From positions 64,001 through 128,000 of the forward strand of contig JBAXAI010000001.1 of the NCBI GenBank assembly GCA_037142615.1: a DNA stretch of 64,000 nt, written 5' to 3'. This stretch comes from Spirochaetales bacterium. Its GTDB lineage: Bacteria > Spirochaetota > Spirochaetia > JABEVK01. Shown one piece after another: positions 18,925-27,528 of the stretch. A program made the translations under genes and the position numbers. Each line of letters begins with the position of its first letter. Position 1 is the stretch's first letter. Below the pieces are notes generated by a model. It saw only the letters and a list, made by a program, of their open reading frames with translations. It was not told the DNA's origin and did no database searches.

Positions 18925-18953
18925 TTGACAGAGGCTGGCAACGACTATAAGGT
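18925..18953 (+). promoter_or_regulatory. sigma70 promoter of the fatty-acid synthesis operon
   Basis: TTGACA-17-TAAGGT; AAGGAGG SD before ATG 18988. Confidence 0.7.
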
Positions 18954-18987
18954 CAGCCTAGTTTTGGAACCCCAAGGAGGGCGCAAC

Positions 18988-19809
18988 ATGCCTGTTTTCC
19001 AGAAAACCCAGTGGGCGGTCATCCTCGGTGGCTCCAGTGGTTTTGGCCTCGCTACCGCCAAGAAACTCAGCAAAGAAGGCATGGGCGTTTGCGTCGTTCA
19101 CCGCGACCGCAAGGGCAGTATGGACGCCATCCAGCCCGAGTTTGACGCCATCGCCAAGCTCGGAAACGGGTTTGTCGCCCTCAACCTTGACGCCCTCAGC
19201 CCCGAAGGCGTCCAAGAGACCTTGACGGCCCTCAAGGCGGCCATGGGGAGCGCGGGCAAGGTTCGCACCCTGATGCATTCGATCGCCTTTGGCAACCTCA
19301 AGCCTATTGCCCCCGTCAACACCCCGGAACTGAAAGAAACCTACGGCGAGGCGCTGATCGAAGACGAAGACATGGCCCGCACGATTTTTGCGATGGGAAC
19401 GAGCCTGCTGACCTGGACCCAGGCGATTTTCCGTGCGGGGCTGTTTGCCTCCGACGCCCGCGTGTTCGGAATGACCAGCGAGGGCAACGAAGTGGCTTGG
19501 CGAGGTTATGCAGCCGTCAGCGCCGCCAAAACGGCCCTCGAGGCGGTTTCCCGGTCCATCGCGGTGGAGTACGCGCCCTACGGCATACGCAGCAATATCC
19601 TTCAGGCTGGTGTCACCGACACGCCTGCCCTGCGAAAAATTCCCGGTAACGACGAGATGAAGGCCCACGCCCGCAGCATCAACCCTTTCAAGCGCTTGAC
19701 GTTGCCCGAAGACGTGGCCGGCATGGTTTTTCTGCTCAGTCAGGACGAAGCAGGCTGGGTAAACGGCAGTCTGATCCGGGTCGACGGTGGTGAACGTATT
19801 GCCGGTTAA
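18988..19809 (+). CDS. Enoyl-ACP reductase, FabL-like SDR
   Basis: GGSSGFG nucleotide-binding motif; YAAVSAAK (Yx6K spacing typical of enoyl-ACP reductases). Confidence 0.75.
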   Translation: MPVFQKTQWAVILGGSSGFGLATAKKLSKEGMGVCVVHRDRKGSMDAIQPEFDAIAKLGNGFVALNLDALSPEGVQETLTALKAAMGSAGKVRTLMHSIAFGNLKPIAPVNTPELKETYGEALIEDEDMARTIFAMGTSLLTWTQAIFRAGLFASDARVFGMTSEGNEVAWRGYAAVSAAKTALEAVSRSIAVEYAPYGIRSNILQAGVTDTPALRKIPGNDEMKAHARSINPFKRLTLPEDVAGMVFLLSQDEAGWVNGSLIRVDGGERIAG

Positions 19810-20797
19810 CAAGACCGACTGCGAACTTTACGTTCTGGGAATGGGGCATTTTCACCCCGGGAACGTCATCGACAATGCCTTCCTGACCAGTCTGGATATC
19901 GGGACCAACGACGAGTGGATCACTGAGCGCACCGGCATCCAGCGTCGGCGTACCGTACTTTCTCTCGACTACATCACGTCGACCAAAAACGTGGATCCCC
20001 GGGCCTCTGGCGCCGCTTCGTTGTTCACCAACGCCCAGACCGGTGCCGCCGCCGCCAAAATGGCGCTCGCCCGCGCCGGCCTGCAACCCTCCGACATTGG
20101 CCTGGTGATCTCAGGCGGCTGTTCGCCCCAGCACACCATTCCGGCCGAAGCGTGCAGCATCGCAGCCGAGCTCGGCATCGAGGCACCCGGCTACGATATC
20201 AACTCGGCGTGCTCGAGCTTTGCCGCGCAGCTGAACGCGCTGCGCAACACCAAGCCGGAAACGCTTCCTGACTATATCCTCGTCGTCAACGCCGAGAACA
20301 CCACCCGTACCGTCGACTACAACGACCGTTCGACCGCCGTACTGTGGGGTGATGGAACTGCGGCCACCATCGTGTCACCTCGCAAGCAGGGCCGCTTCGG
20401 GGTCAAATGGACGACGCTGGTTTCTGACCCCTCGGGCTGGGACAAGGTGAGTATTCCCACCGGCGGCTTCTTTCAGCAGAACGGCTCGGCCGTGCAGACC
20501 TTCGGCATCCGCAAGTCCGGCGAAATGCTCAAGGCGCTCCGTGAGCACGTGGGGCCCGAGCACTACTACATCGGCCATCAGGCCAACCTGCTGATGCTGC
20601 AGTCCATCTGCGACCGGGCGGGCATCCCTGCCGAGCGCCACTTGTACAATGTCCATGAGTTCGGGAACTGCGGGGCCGCTGGGGCGCCGTCCGTTCTGTC
20701 GCAAAACTGGGACCGCTTTGCCTCCGGCGATGAGATCGCGCTGGTGGTGGTTGGTTCCGGCCTAACCTGGGGCGGCGTGGCCCTGCAAGTTCTGTGA
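19787..20797 (+). CDS. fabH: 3-oxoacyl-ACP synthase III
   Basis: WITERTGIQRR, SACSS, LWGDG, HQAN, FGNCGAA (Cys-His-Asn triad). Exact start uncertain. Confidence 0.88.
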   Translation: MVNVLPVNKTDCELYVLGMGHFHPGNVIDNAFLTSLDIGTNDEWITERTGIQRRRTVLSLDYITSTKNVDPRASGAASLFTNAQTGAAAAKMALARAGLQPSDIGLVISGGCSPQHTIPAEACSIAAELGIEAPGYDINSACSSFAAQLNALRNTKPETLPDYILVVNAENTTRTVDYNDRSTAVLWGDGTAATIVSPRKQGRFGVKWTTLVSDPSGWDKVSIPTGGFFQQNGSAVQTFGIRKSGEMLKALREHVGPEHYYIGHQANLLMLQSICDRAGIPAERHLYNVHEFGNCGAAGAPSVLSQNWDRFASGDEIALVVVGSGLTWGGVALQVL

Positions 20798-20804
20798 GGA
20801 CCCC

Positions 20805-21395
20805 ATGAAATACGCGGACTACCTGAAGAGCACGTCGCTCGACAAAAACCAGATTCTGGCGCTGGCCTACGGCAACCTCGTCGAGGACGAGCCCGAAGGC
20901 GGCTTCGCCTCGCTTCCGGCCCCGCCGATGCTGATGTTTGACCGCATCACCGAGATCAGCCACAACGGCAACCGCGGACGCATCGTCGCCGAACAGGACG
21001 TGCTGGTCGACGCCTGGTTTTTCCACTGCCACTTCCGCAACGACCCGGTACAACCTGGCTGCCTTGGCGTCGACGCCGTCTGGCAACTCATTGGCCTGTA
21101 CGCCGGCCTGCGCGGGGCCCAAGGCTCGGGCCGCGCGCTAGGCGTCGGTTCCGTCGAGTTCCTCGGTCAGATCCGGCCGTACAACAAGATCGTGCGCTAT
21201 GAAGTCGAGATCCGCCGTTTTGCCGACCTTCCGGCGAGCAACTCGGCGCTCGCCATTGGCAGTGCCAAGGTACTCGTCGACGGCGAGGCCATCTACACGC
21301 TCACCGACGCCAAAGTTGGAGTATTTAAAAACATCCGCTATCCTGACTACCCGTACCCGTCCGAAAACTCGGTCGGAGGAGTGATGCAACGATGA
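20805..21395 (+). CDS. fabA: 3-hydroxyacyl-ACP dehydratase / trans-2,cis-3 isomerase
   Basis: LPAPPMLMFDRI, WFFHCHFRNDPVQPGCLGVDA (FabA-type Asp), GRALGVG. Confidence 0.9.
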   Translation: MKYADYLKSTSLDKNQILALAYGNLVEDEPEGGFASLPAPPMLMFDRITEISHNGNRGRIVAEQDVLVDAWFFHCHFRNDPVQPGCLGVDAVWQLIGLYAGLRGAQGSGRALGVGSVEFLGQIRPYNKIVRYEVEIRRFADLPASNSALAIGSAKVLVDGEAIYTLTDAKVGVFKNIRYPDYPYPSENSVGGVMQR

Positions 21396-22117
21396 GTGAC
21401 GCTAAAATCGCGCTGGTGACCGGCGGAGCCACCGGCATCGGCGCCGCGTGCTGCCGTATCCTGGCCCAGGCCGGGTTCACGGTGGGCATCCACTACAACA
21501 GTTCGGCGGCGGCGGCCGAGGCGCTGGCCAAAGAACTGCACGGAAGTTTCACCGTGGGGGCCGACATCTCGACCGAAGCCGGGGTAGACTCGGTGGTCGA
21601 AGCGCTCAAGGGCAAGGGCCAACTGGCCGTGCTGGTGAACAACGCCGGCATGGCCATCGACGCACCGATCTTCAGCGCCAAACTCGAGGACTTCGACAAA
21701 GTGGTCGCCACCAACATGCGCTCCACTTGGTACCTCACCAAGAAACTCACCCGCCTGATGATCCGCGCCAAGGAAGGCCGGGTGATCAACATCTCGAGCG
21801 TGGTGGGCCACACGGGCAACCCCACGCAGTCGGTGTACGGCATGACCAAGGCGGCCATCGACAACTTCACCAAGACTGCGGCGCTGGAACTCGCCGGTTA
21901 CAACATTCTGGTCAACGCGGTCGCTCCCGGCTTCATCGAAACCCGCATGACGGCCGAACTCGGTGACGACATCAAGGCCGGCATTTTCGCCCGCATCCCC
22001 CTCGGCCGCATGGGCCAGCCTGAGGAAATCGCCAAGGCCGTGCGATTCCTCGCGGTCGACGCCAGTTACTGCACTGGCACGGTGATCCACGTCAACGGAG
22101 GCATGTACCTTGGCTGA
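21392..22117 (+). CDS. fabG: 3-oxoacyl-ACP reductase
   Basis: TGGATGIG, NNAG, SSVVG, YGMTK, APGFIET, VNGGM. Confidence 0.9.
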   Translation: MSDAKIALVTGGATGIGAACCRILAQAGFTVGIHYNSSAAAAEALAKELHGSFTVGADISTEAGVDSVVEALKGKGQLAVLVNNAGMAIDAPIFSAKLEDFDKVVATNMRSTWYLTKKLTRLMIRAKEGRVINISSVVGHTGNPTQSVYGMTKAAIDNFTKTAALELAGYNILVNAVAPGFIETRMTAELGDDIKAGIFARIPLGRMGQPEEIAKAVRFLAVDASYCTGTVIHVNGGMYLG

Positions 22118-22580
22118 CACCTACCCCCCGCTGAGCCCGGCAGAGCTGCTCAAACTTCTTCCGCAACAGAAGCCCTTCCGCTTTGTCGACGAGATCACCG
22201 AGGTTGACGCCACCCACATCGTGGGCCGCTACACCTTCCGGGCCGACGAGTTCTTTTACCCCGGGCACTTTCCGGGCAACCCGGTGACACCCGGTGTCAT
22301 TCTGCTCGAGTGCATGTGTCAGATCGGTGTGGTGCTCCAGGGCATCTACTTGGTCGGCATCGAGCTTCCACCCGAACAACACCACGACTGGCTGACGCTG
22401 TTTTCCGACGCGCAGGTCGAGTTCCTCAAGTCAGTCCTTCCCGGTGATACCGTCACCGTGCGGGGCGATCTGGAGTTCTGGCGCCGCAAAAAACTCAAGG
22501 CCCGCGTGACGATGCATCTCGCCGACGGAACTTTGGCGGCCACCGCCACAGCGTCCGGCATAGGAGTCCGAAATGTCTGA
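22110..22580 (+). CDS. fabZ: 3-hydroxyacyl-ACP dehydratase, FabZ-type
   Basis: LLPQQKPFRFVD, GHFPGNPVTPGVILLE (FabZ-type Glu). Confidence 0.8.
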   Translation: MADTYPPLSPAELLKLLPQQKPFRFVDEITEVDATHIVGRYTFRADEFFYPGHFPGNPVTPGVILLECMCQIGVVLQGIYLVGIELPPEQHHDWLTLFSDAQVEFLKSVLPGDTVTVRGDLEFWRRKKLKARVTMHLADGTLAATATASGIGVRNV

Positions 22581-23853
22581 CAAAACCCGCGTTGTGATCA
22601 CCGGCCTGGGGGTCATCGCACCCAACGGTCACGGCTTGGCCGACTTTGAGGCGGCGCTGAGGGCCGGCAAGTCTGGCATCCGCTTCGTGCCCAAACTTCA
22701 GGAGCTCAAGTTTGCCTGTCAGGTGGGCGGCATACCCGAGAATCTGGAAGAAATCAAAAAGAAATACTTCAGCGAGGACCTTCTCCTGGCAATGAATGAG
22801 TCGATGCTCTACGCGGGCATCGCCGCCCTCGATTGCTGGCGCGACGCTGGCCTTCCCGAACCGTCGGCTGACGAGAACTCAGTCGACTGGGACACCGGGG
22901 CCATCCTTGGCACCGGCATCGGCGGAGCCGACACCCTCTGCGGTCGGGTTGGACCAGGCACCGATGCGGGAAACGTCCGCCGACTCGGAAGTACCATGGT
23001 CGAGCAGGCCATGGCTTCGGCAGTCAGCGCCCGCATCGGTGGCATCCTCGGTCTCGGGGGGCAGGTCTACACCAACTCCTCGGCCTGCACCACGGGCACC
23101 GAAGCCGTGATCAATGCCTACTTCCACATCAAGGAAGGCCGCGCCAAGCGCATGCTCGCCGGTGGCGCCGAAGGCTCCTCGCCCTACATCTGGGCTGGGT
23201 TCGACGCGATGCGCGTGCTCGGCAAAAGCCACAATGACACCCCCGAAAAGGCCAGCCGCCCCATGAGCGCCAGTACGGCCGGGTTCATTCCCGGCTCGGG
23301 TTCCGGCATCCTGATGTTGGAGTCTCTCGAAAGTGCAAAGGCCCGTGGTGCCAAGATTTACGGTGAGATTCTCGGTGGTCACGTCAACTCGGGCGGCCAG
23401 CGTGGCAAGGGCAGCATGACCGCGCCTAATCCCGTGGGCGTGCGCAAGTGCATCCAGGCGGCCCTCGACAATGCCGGGATCAAGGGCTCGCAAATCGATG
23501 TCATCAACGGGCACCTTACCGGTACGATGGCCGACCCGATGGAAGTCGAAAACTGGAAAGTCGCCCTCGGTGTCGAGCCCGATCAGATCCCTCTGATCAA
23601 CGGAACCAAGAGCATGATCGGCCACGCGTTGGGCGCGGCCGGGGGCATCGAATGCGTCGCAGCGGTCCTCCAGTTGAAAAAAGGCTTCATCCATGGTTCA
23701 ATCAATTGTGAGGACTTGCATACCGCGTTGGTTCCCTACGAATCCCGCATCGTGCGCAAGACCATCGACAAGTCGTTCACGATCCTGGCCAAAGCCAGTT
23801 TCGGGTTTGGCGACGTGAACGGGTGTGTCCTTTTCAAAAAGTACACCGACTGA
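22573..23853 (+). CDS. Beta-ketoacyl-ACP synthase (FabF/FabB family)
   Basis: RVVITGLG, SACTTG, NGHLTGT, KSMIGHALG, SFGFG. Confidence 0.92.
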   Translation: MSDKTRVVITGLGVIAPNGHGLADFEAALRAGKSGIRFVPKLQELKFACQVGGIPENLEEIKKKYFSEDLLLAMNESMLYAGIAALDCWRDAGLPEPSADENSVDWDTGAILGTGIGGADTLCGRVGPGTDAGNVRRLGSTMVEQAMASAVSARIGGILGLGGQVYTNSSACTTGTEAVINAYFHIKEGRAKRMLAGGAEGSSPYIWAGFDAMRVLGKSHNDTPEKASRPMSASTAGFIPGSGSGILMLESLESAKARGAKIYGEILGGHVNSGGQRGKGSMTAPNPVGVRKCIQAALDNAGIKGSQIDVINGHLTGTMADPMEVENWKVALGVEPDQIPLINGTKSMIGHALGAAGGIECVAAVLQLKKGFIHGSINCEDLHTALVPYESRIVRKTIDKSFTILAKASFGFGDVNGCVLFKKYTD

Positions 23854-23891
23854 AGTTTTCCCCGCAGACCGAAGAGTCAAAAGGAGCATTT

Positions 23892-24143
23892 ATGACCAAA
23901 GACGAAGCTTTCACCAAAGTGGTGGCCATCATCGGCCCCTTCGCCAAGAACGCCGACGGGCTCAAGGCCGCTACGCGCGAAACCAAGATTCTCACCGACC
24001 TCGGAGTGAACTCGGCGCGCTTGGTCGACATCATTCTCGCCTTCGAGGACGAGTTCAACATCGCCATCGATGACGATGCCGCCGACAAGATCCGGACCCT
24101 CGGCGACGCTGTGGACCAGATTCTGGCTCTCGGGGCCAAGTAG
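23892..24143 (+). CDS. Acyl carrier protein
   Basis: DLGVNSARLVDIILAFEDEFNIAI; AAGGAG SD. Confidence 0.92.
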   Translation: MTKDEAFTKVVAIIGPFAKNADGLKAATRETKILTDLGVNSARLVDIILAFEDEFNIAIDDDAADKIRTLGDAVDQILALGAK

Positions 24144-24148
24144 CTTCT

Positions 24149-24901
24149 ATGATGAAAAAACTGGGCCTTACGGTCCAGAATTGGGTCGCCCAGTTGTCGG
24201 TTCCTTTCACTTTTGGGGTTTCCATCCTGCTGATGAAAGGGCTGCTGGGCTACCGCATCGAGAACCTACGTTCCTTCCGGCGCAAAATCACCGAGCTGCT
24301 TCGAGAAAAGAAGGGCCCGGTGATCGTTTGCCCCAACCACCTGACGATGATTGACTCGCTCATTTTGGTATGGGCCATGACGCCTCCTTGGAAGGCGCTC
24401 ACCAAACCTGAAACCTTTCCTTGGAACACTCCCGAAAAACGCAATTTTTCGCATGTTCCTGTCCTTAGGTTCTTTTGCTATCTGGGCAAGTGCCTTCCTG
24501 TCATCCGGCAAGGTACGGCCGATCAGACCAAGAAGTTCCTCGACAAGCTTCGAGACCTCATGGGACGTCGTCAGAGCTTGATGATGTTCCCGGAAGGGGC
24601 GCGGAGTCCAAGCGGCCGGGTCGACACCGAAAACTACTCTTACGGCGTGGGCAAGATTCTTGAGGACGTGAAGGCCGACGGCATGAAGCCCAACGTGCTG
24701 GTGATGTACCTCCGCGGGCGCAAGCAGGCGGGAAAAAGTTGGATTCCCCGGCGTGGCGAACGATTCTTTGTCGACGTCGAACCCTTGAATCCAACGACAA
24801 CCGCGAAGGGACTTCGGGCTCAGCGGGATCTGTCCCAACAGATCATCCAGAAGCTGGCTGCCATGGAGCAGGCCTACCTCAGTCGGTTTGTCCTGGCCTG
24901 A
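24149..24901 (+). CDS. PlsC-like (lyso)phospholipid acyltransferase
   Basis: NHLTMID (HxxxxD), FPEGARS. Confidence 0.88.
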   Translation: MMKKLGLTVQNWVAQLSVPFTFGVSILLMKGLLGYRIENLRSFRRKITELLREKKGPVIVCPNHLTMIDSLILVWAMTPPWKALTKPETFPWNTPEKRNFSHVPVLRFFCYLGKCLPVIRQGTADQTKKFLDKLRDLMGRRQSLMMFPEGARSPSGRVDTENYSYGVGKILEDVKADGMKPNVLVMYLRGRKQAGKSWIPRRGERFFVDVEPLNPTTTAKGLRAQRDLSQQIIQKLAAMEQAYLSRFVLA

Positions 24902-25484
24902 ACTGTTGTCTCCGGTTCTCAGTGGTGTCGGCAACGATCTAGTGGTCTGGGATGCGGGCCCGAACCGGGGCTCCGCGTCGCAGGGCCGTTTCATCCACAG
25001 GGTTTGCACACCTTCCGAGCAGGCCCTGTTGGCGTCTTCACCAAGGGCCGAGTTCTTGGTCTGGCTCTTTTGGGCCGTCAAGGAATCCGCGTACAAGTTC
25101 GTCAGTCGTGTCCATCCTACCGTGTTTTCACCGTGCCGTCTCGAGGTTGCAGTGTCCCCGGACGAACTCGAGGGCACCGTTTGCTTCGAGGGAGAACACT
25201 GGCCTTGGAGGGCCAGCGAGCGCGACGGCTGGGTCCATGCCTGGGTAACGGCGAACGAGCAACAACTTTCGCGGGTACAACACCGCGTCGAACCTCTGTC
25301 TGGCCCCGAGTCCGAAGGGGTCAGGCTGTTAGCGCTGAGCCTGCTGACCCAGCTAGGCACCCGGGTCGACCGCATCGAAGGGCGACCCCCCATCGCGTTT
25401 TGCGGGGCACAAAAAGTGGCAGGTTGCCTCAGCCTGAGCCACGACGAGGGCTACGGTGCCGTAGCTTGGTTGCCGGAGTTCTGA
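24888..25484 (+). CDS. 4'-phosphopantetheinyl transferase family protein
   Basis: GVGNDLV, WAVKESAYK, SLSHD. Start uncertain. Confidence 0.8.
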   Translation: MSWPELLSPVLSGVGNDLVVWDAGPNRGSASQGRFIHRVCTPSEQALLASSPRAEFLVWLFWAVKESAYKFVSRVHPTVFSPCRLEVAVSPDELEGTVCFEGEHWPWRASERDGWVHAWVTANEQQLSRVQHRVEPLSGPESEGVRLLALSLLTQLGTRVDRIEGRPPIAFCGAQKVAGCLSLSHDEGYGAVAWLPEF

Positions 25485-26098
25485 ACGAGGAGCCTGTTCC
25501 ACACCCAGCCCATGCCCGCAGCCAAAGCGAGGAAGAAGCCGAACAACCCCGCGACGTAGGCTGCCGTCATCTCCCAGCCCAGTTTGGGAAGATTGATGAA
25601 GAAGTAGGGGTACCAGCCGGTGAACGCCCCGCGAACCAGCGAATACACACAATACAGCGCGGGAACTAGGAGCGACCAGGCCCACGAGCCCCAGGTCGCG
25701 GGCTTGGCTGGCCGGTCAAAGAACCACTCCCCCAGCATCGCCAGCGGCATAACCAGATGGAGCGCCAAGTTTGCGTAGAAGCGGATTCCTTCCGGATGGT
25801 CGGTGGCGGCCAGCAAACTCCAGTACACCAGCAACGTAACCATGCCGTACACCGTCACCGAAAGGCGAACCGCGGGAATCCCTCCGCCCCAATCCTTCCA
25901 TGGGTGCAACGAACGCAGCAAAAACCAAAGGCCGAACATCAGGTTGTTCTCAATGGTGAAGTAGCTGAAGAAGTTACCCATCGAGGTGTAGTAGGCCGCG
26001 CCAGTGCCCCGGTCGATGCTGTACCACTGCACCAGGACGGCGCCAAAAGCGAGGACGGCCCACAGAAGGGCACGAACGCGGACGAAGTTTGTTGTCAT
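25451..26098 (-). CDS. Pr6Pr-family (FAR-17a/AIG1-like) membrane protein
   Basis: FFSYFTIENN, LHLVMP, RGAFTGWYPYFF. Start set by TTGTCA-18-TAAACT located 6 nt upstream. Confidence 0.85.
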   Translation of the reverse strand: MTTNFVRVRALLWAVLAFGAVLVQWYSIDRGTGAAYYTSMGNFFSYFTIENNLMFGLWFLLRSLHPWKDWGGGIPAVRLSVTVYGMVTLLVYWSLLAATDHPEGIRFYANLALHLVMPLAMLGEWFFDRPAKPATWGSWAWSLLVPALYCVYSLVRGAFTGWYPYFFINLPKLGWEMTAAYVAGLFGFFLALAAGMGWVWNRLLVQNSGNQATAP

Positions 26099-26197
26099 CC
26101 CCACAGTTTAGGCCACACCTTCGCGAATTGACAAGCTTCGATTTTCCTTGACCCCGGGCCTGTCCTGCCTGACTATGAGAAGGCTGAGGAGGCTGCA

Positions 26198-27523
26198 ATG
26201 GCGAAACTACCGGTGGTAACAAAGTTAGGGTTCGGGGTGGGGGATATCGGCGGCAACCTGTTCTTCACGGTGCTCAGCTTCTGGGGGATGAAGTACCTGA
26301 CCGACTCGGTTCTCCTCGCCGGGGCCGCGGCGGGGTTTGCCATGAGCGCCGGACGCCTTCTCGACGCCGTGTTTGACCCGGTTCTGGGCCTGCTTTCTGA
26401 CCGTACCCGCACGCGCTGGGGTCGGCGCCGCCCCTACCTGCTCTTCGGCGCTCTGCCGGTGGCGCTGGTGTTTGTCTTCTTCTTCACGGTGCCGAACTCG
26501 CAGGACCAGACCTTCCTGTTCTGGTGGGCCGCCATCACTCTTGTGGTCCTCAACATGACGTTCTCGGTCGTGAACATTCCCTACAGTTCGCTCACCCCCG
26601 AATTGACCACCGACTACGACGAACGGATGAGTCTCGGGGGCTATCGTATGGGTTTTGCCGTCTTGGGAACCATTCTCGGCGCCGTCGCCTTCGGCATGGT
26701 GGCGCAGGCCTATCCCGGCGACGCGCCCCGAGGTTTCTTCCTGGCGGGACTGATCTTCGGCGCGGTCATGGCAGCGAGCACGCTGACGACGGCATTCTCG
26801 GTTCGTGAACCTGAGCGCAAGCAAGGGGAGGCTCCACAGGTTTCGGGCTCTGTGTTCGGCAGCTGGAGGAAAGTTCTTACCAACGGCCCCTTTGTCCTCG
26901 TGATTGTGGGATACGTCGTGAACATTCTGGGCATCACCTTCGTTTCGTCGATGCTTGCCTACTACTTCGAGTACGTGCTGCACGACGCAGGCGCCACGAC
27001 GCTGGCGCTCGGCCTGCTGCTGCTCGTCGCCGCCGCGTTCATTCCTGTCAGTGTGTGGGTCTCGGGCAAGATCGGCAAGATCCGCACCTATCAATTGGCC
27101 ATGGTCCTGTTGGCCGCGGCGTGTGCTCTCATTGGCCTTCTTGGCACCTCGGTCGGTTCGGGAGGCGTACTGGGTATCATGGTCTTCGCCGGCATCGGGA
27201 TGGGCTTTGCCTACGCCCCCCCGTTCGCTCTGGTTCCCGACACCATCGAAGTTGAAGCCAAACGCACCGGATTCCGCGAGGAAGGCTCCTACTACGGCTT
27301 CATGACGTTCAGCACCAAGCTTGGTCAGTCGCTGGCAAGCCTCGTCATCGGAACCGTGCTCGGCCTTTCGGGGTACGCCGCCAACCAGGAACAAACAACC
27401 CAGGCGCTGGATGCAATCCAGTGGATGACCAGCCCGATTCCTGTGGTTCTGTTTCTCGTCGCCGCCGTGATTCTGCAGTTCTACCCGCTCGACAAGAAGA
27501 CCTACGAAACTCTTGTCAAATAG
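26198..27523 (+). CDS. MFS glycoside-pentoside-hexuronide (MelB-like) transporter
   Basis: DAVFDPVLGLLSDRTRTRWGRRRPY, IPYSSL, ELTTDYDER, EGSYYG; about 12 TM segments. Confidence 0.92.
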   Translation: MAKLPVVTKLGFGVGDIGGNLFFTVLSFWGMKYLTDSVLLAGAAAGFAMSAGRLLDAVFDPVLGLLSDRTRTRWGRRRPYLLFGALPVALVFVFFFTVPNSQDQTFLFWWAAITLVVLNMTFSVVNIPYSSLTPELTTDYDERMSLGGYRMGFAVLGTILGAVAFGMVAQAYPGDAPRGFFLAGLIFGAVMAASTLTTAFSVREPERKQGEAPQVSGSVFGSWRKVLTNGPFVLVIVGYVVNILGITFVSSMLAYYFEYVLHDAGATTLALGLLLLVAAAFIPVSVWVSGKIGKIRTYQLAMVLLAAACALIGLLGTSVGSGGVLGIMVFAGIGMGFAYAPPFALVPDTIEVEAKRTGFREEGSYYGFMTFSTKLGQSLASLVIGTVLGLSGYAANQEQTTQALDAIQWMTSPIPVVLFLVAAVILQFYPLDKKTYETLVK

Positions 27524-27528
27524 GCCGT

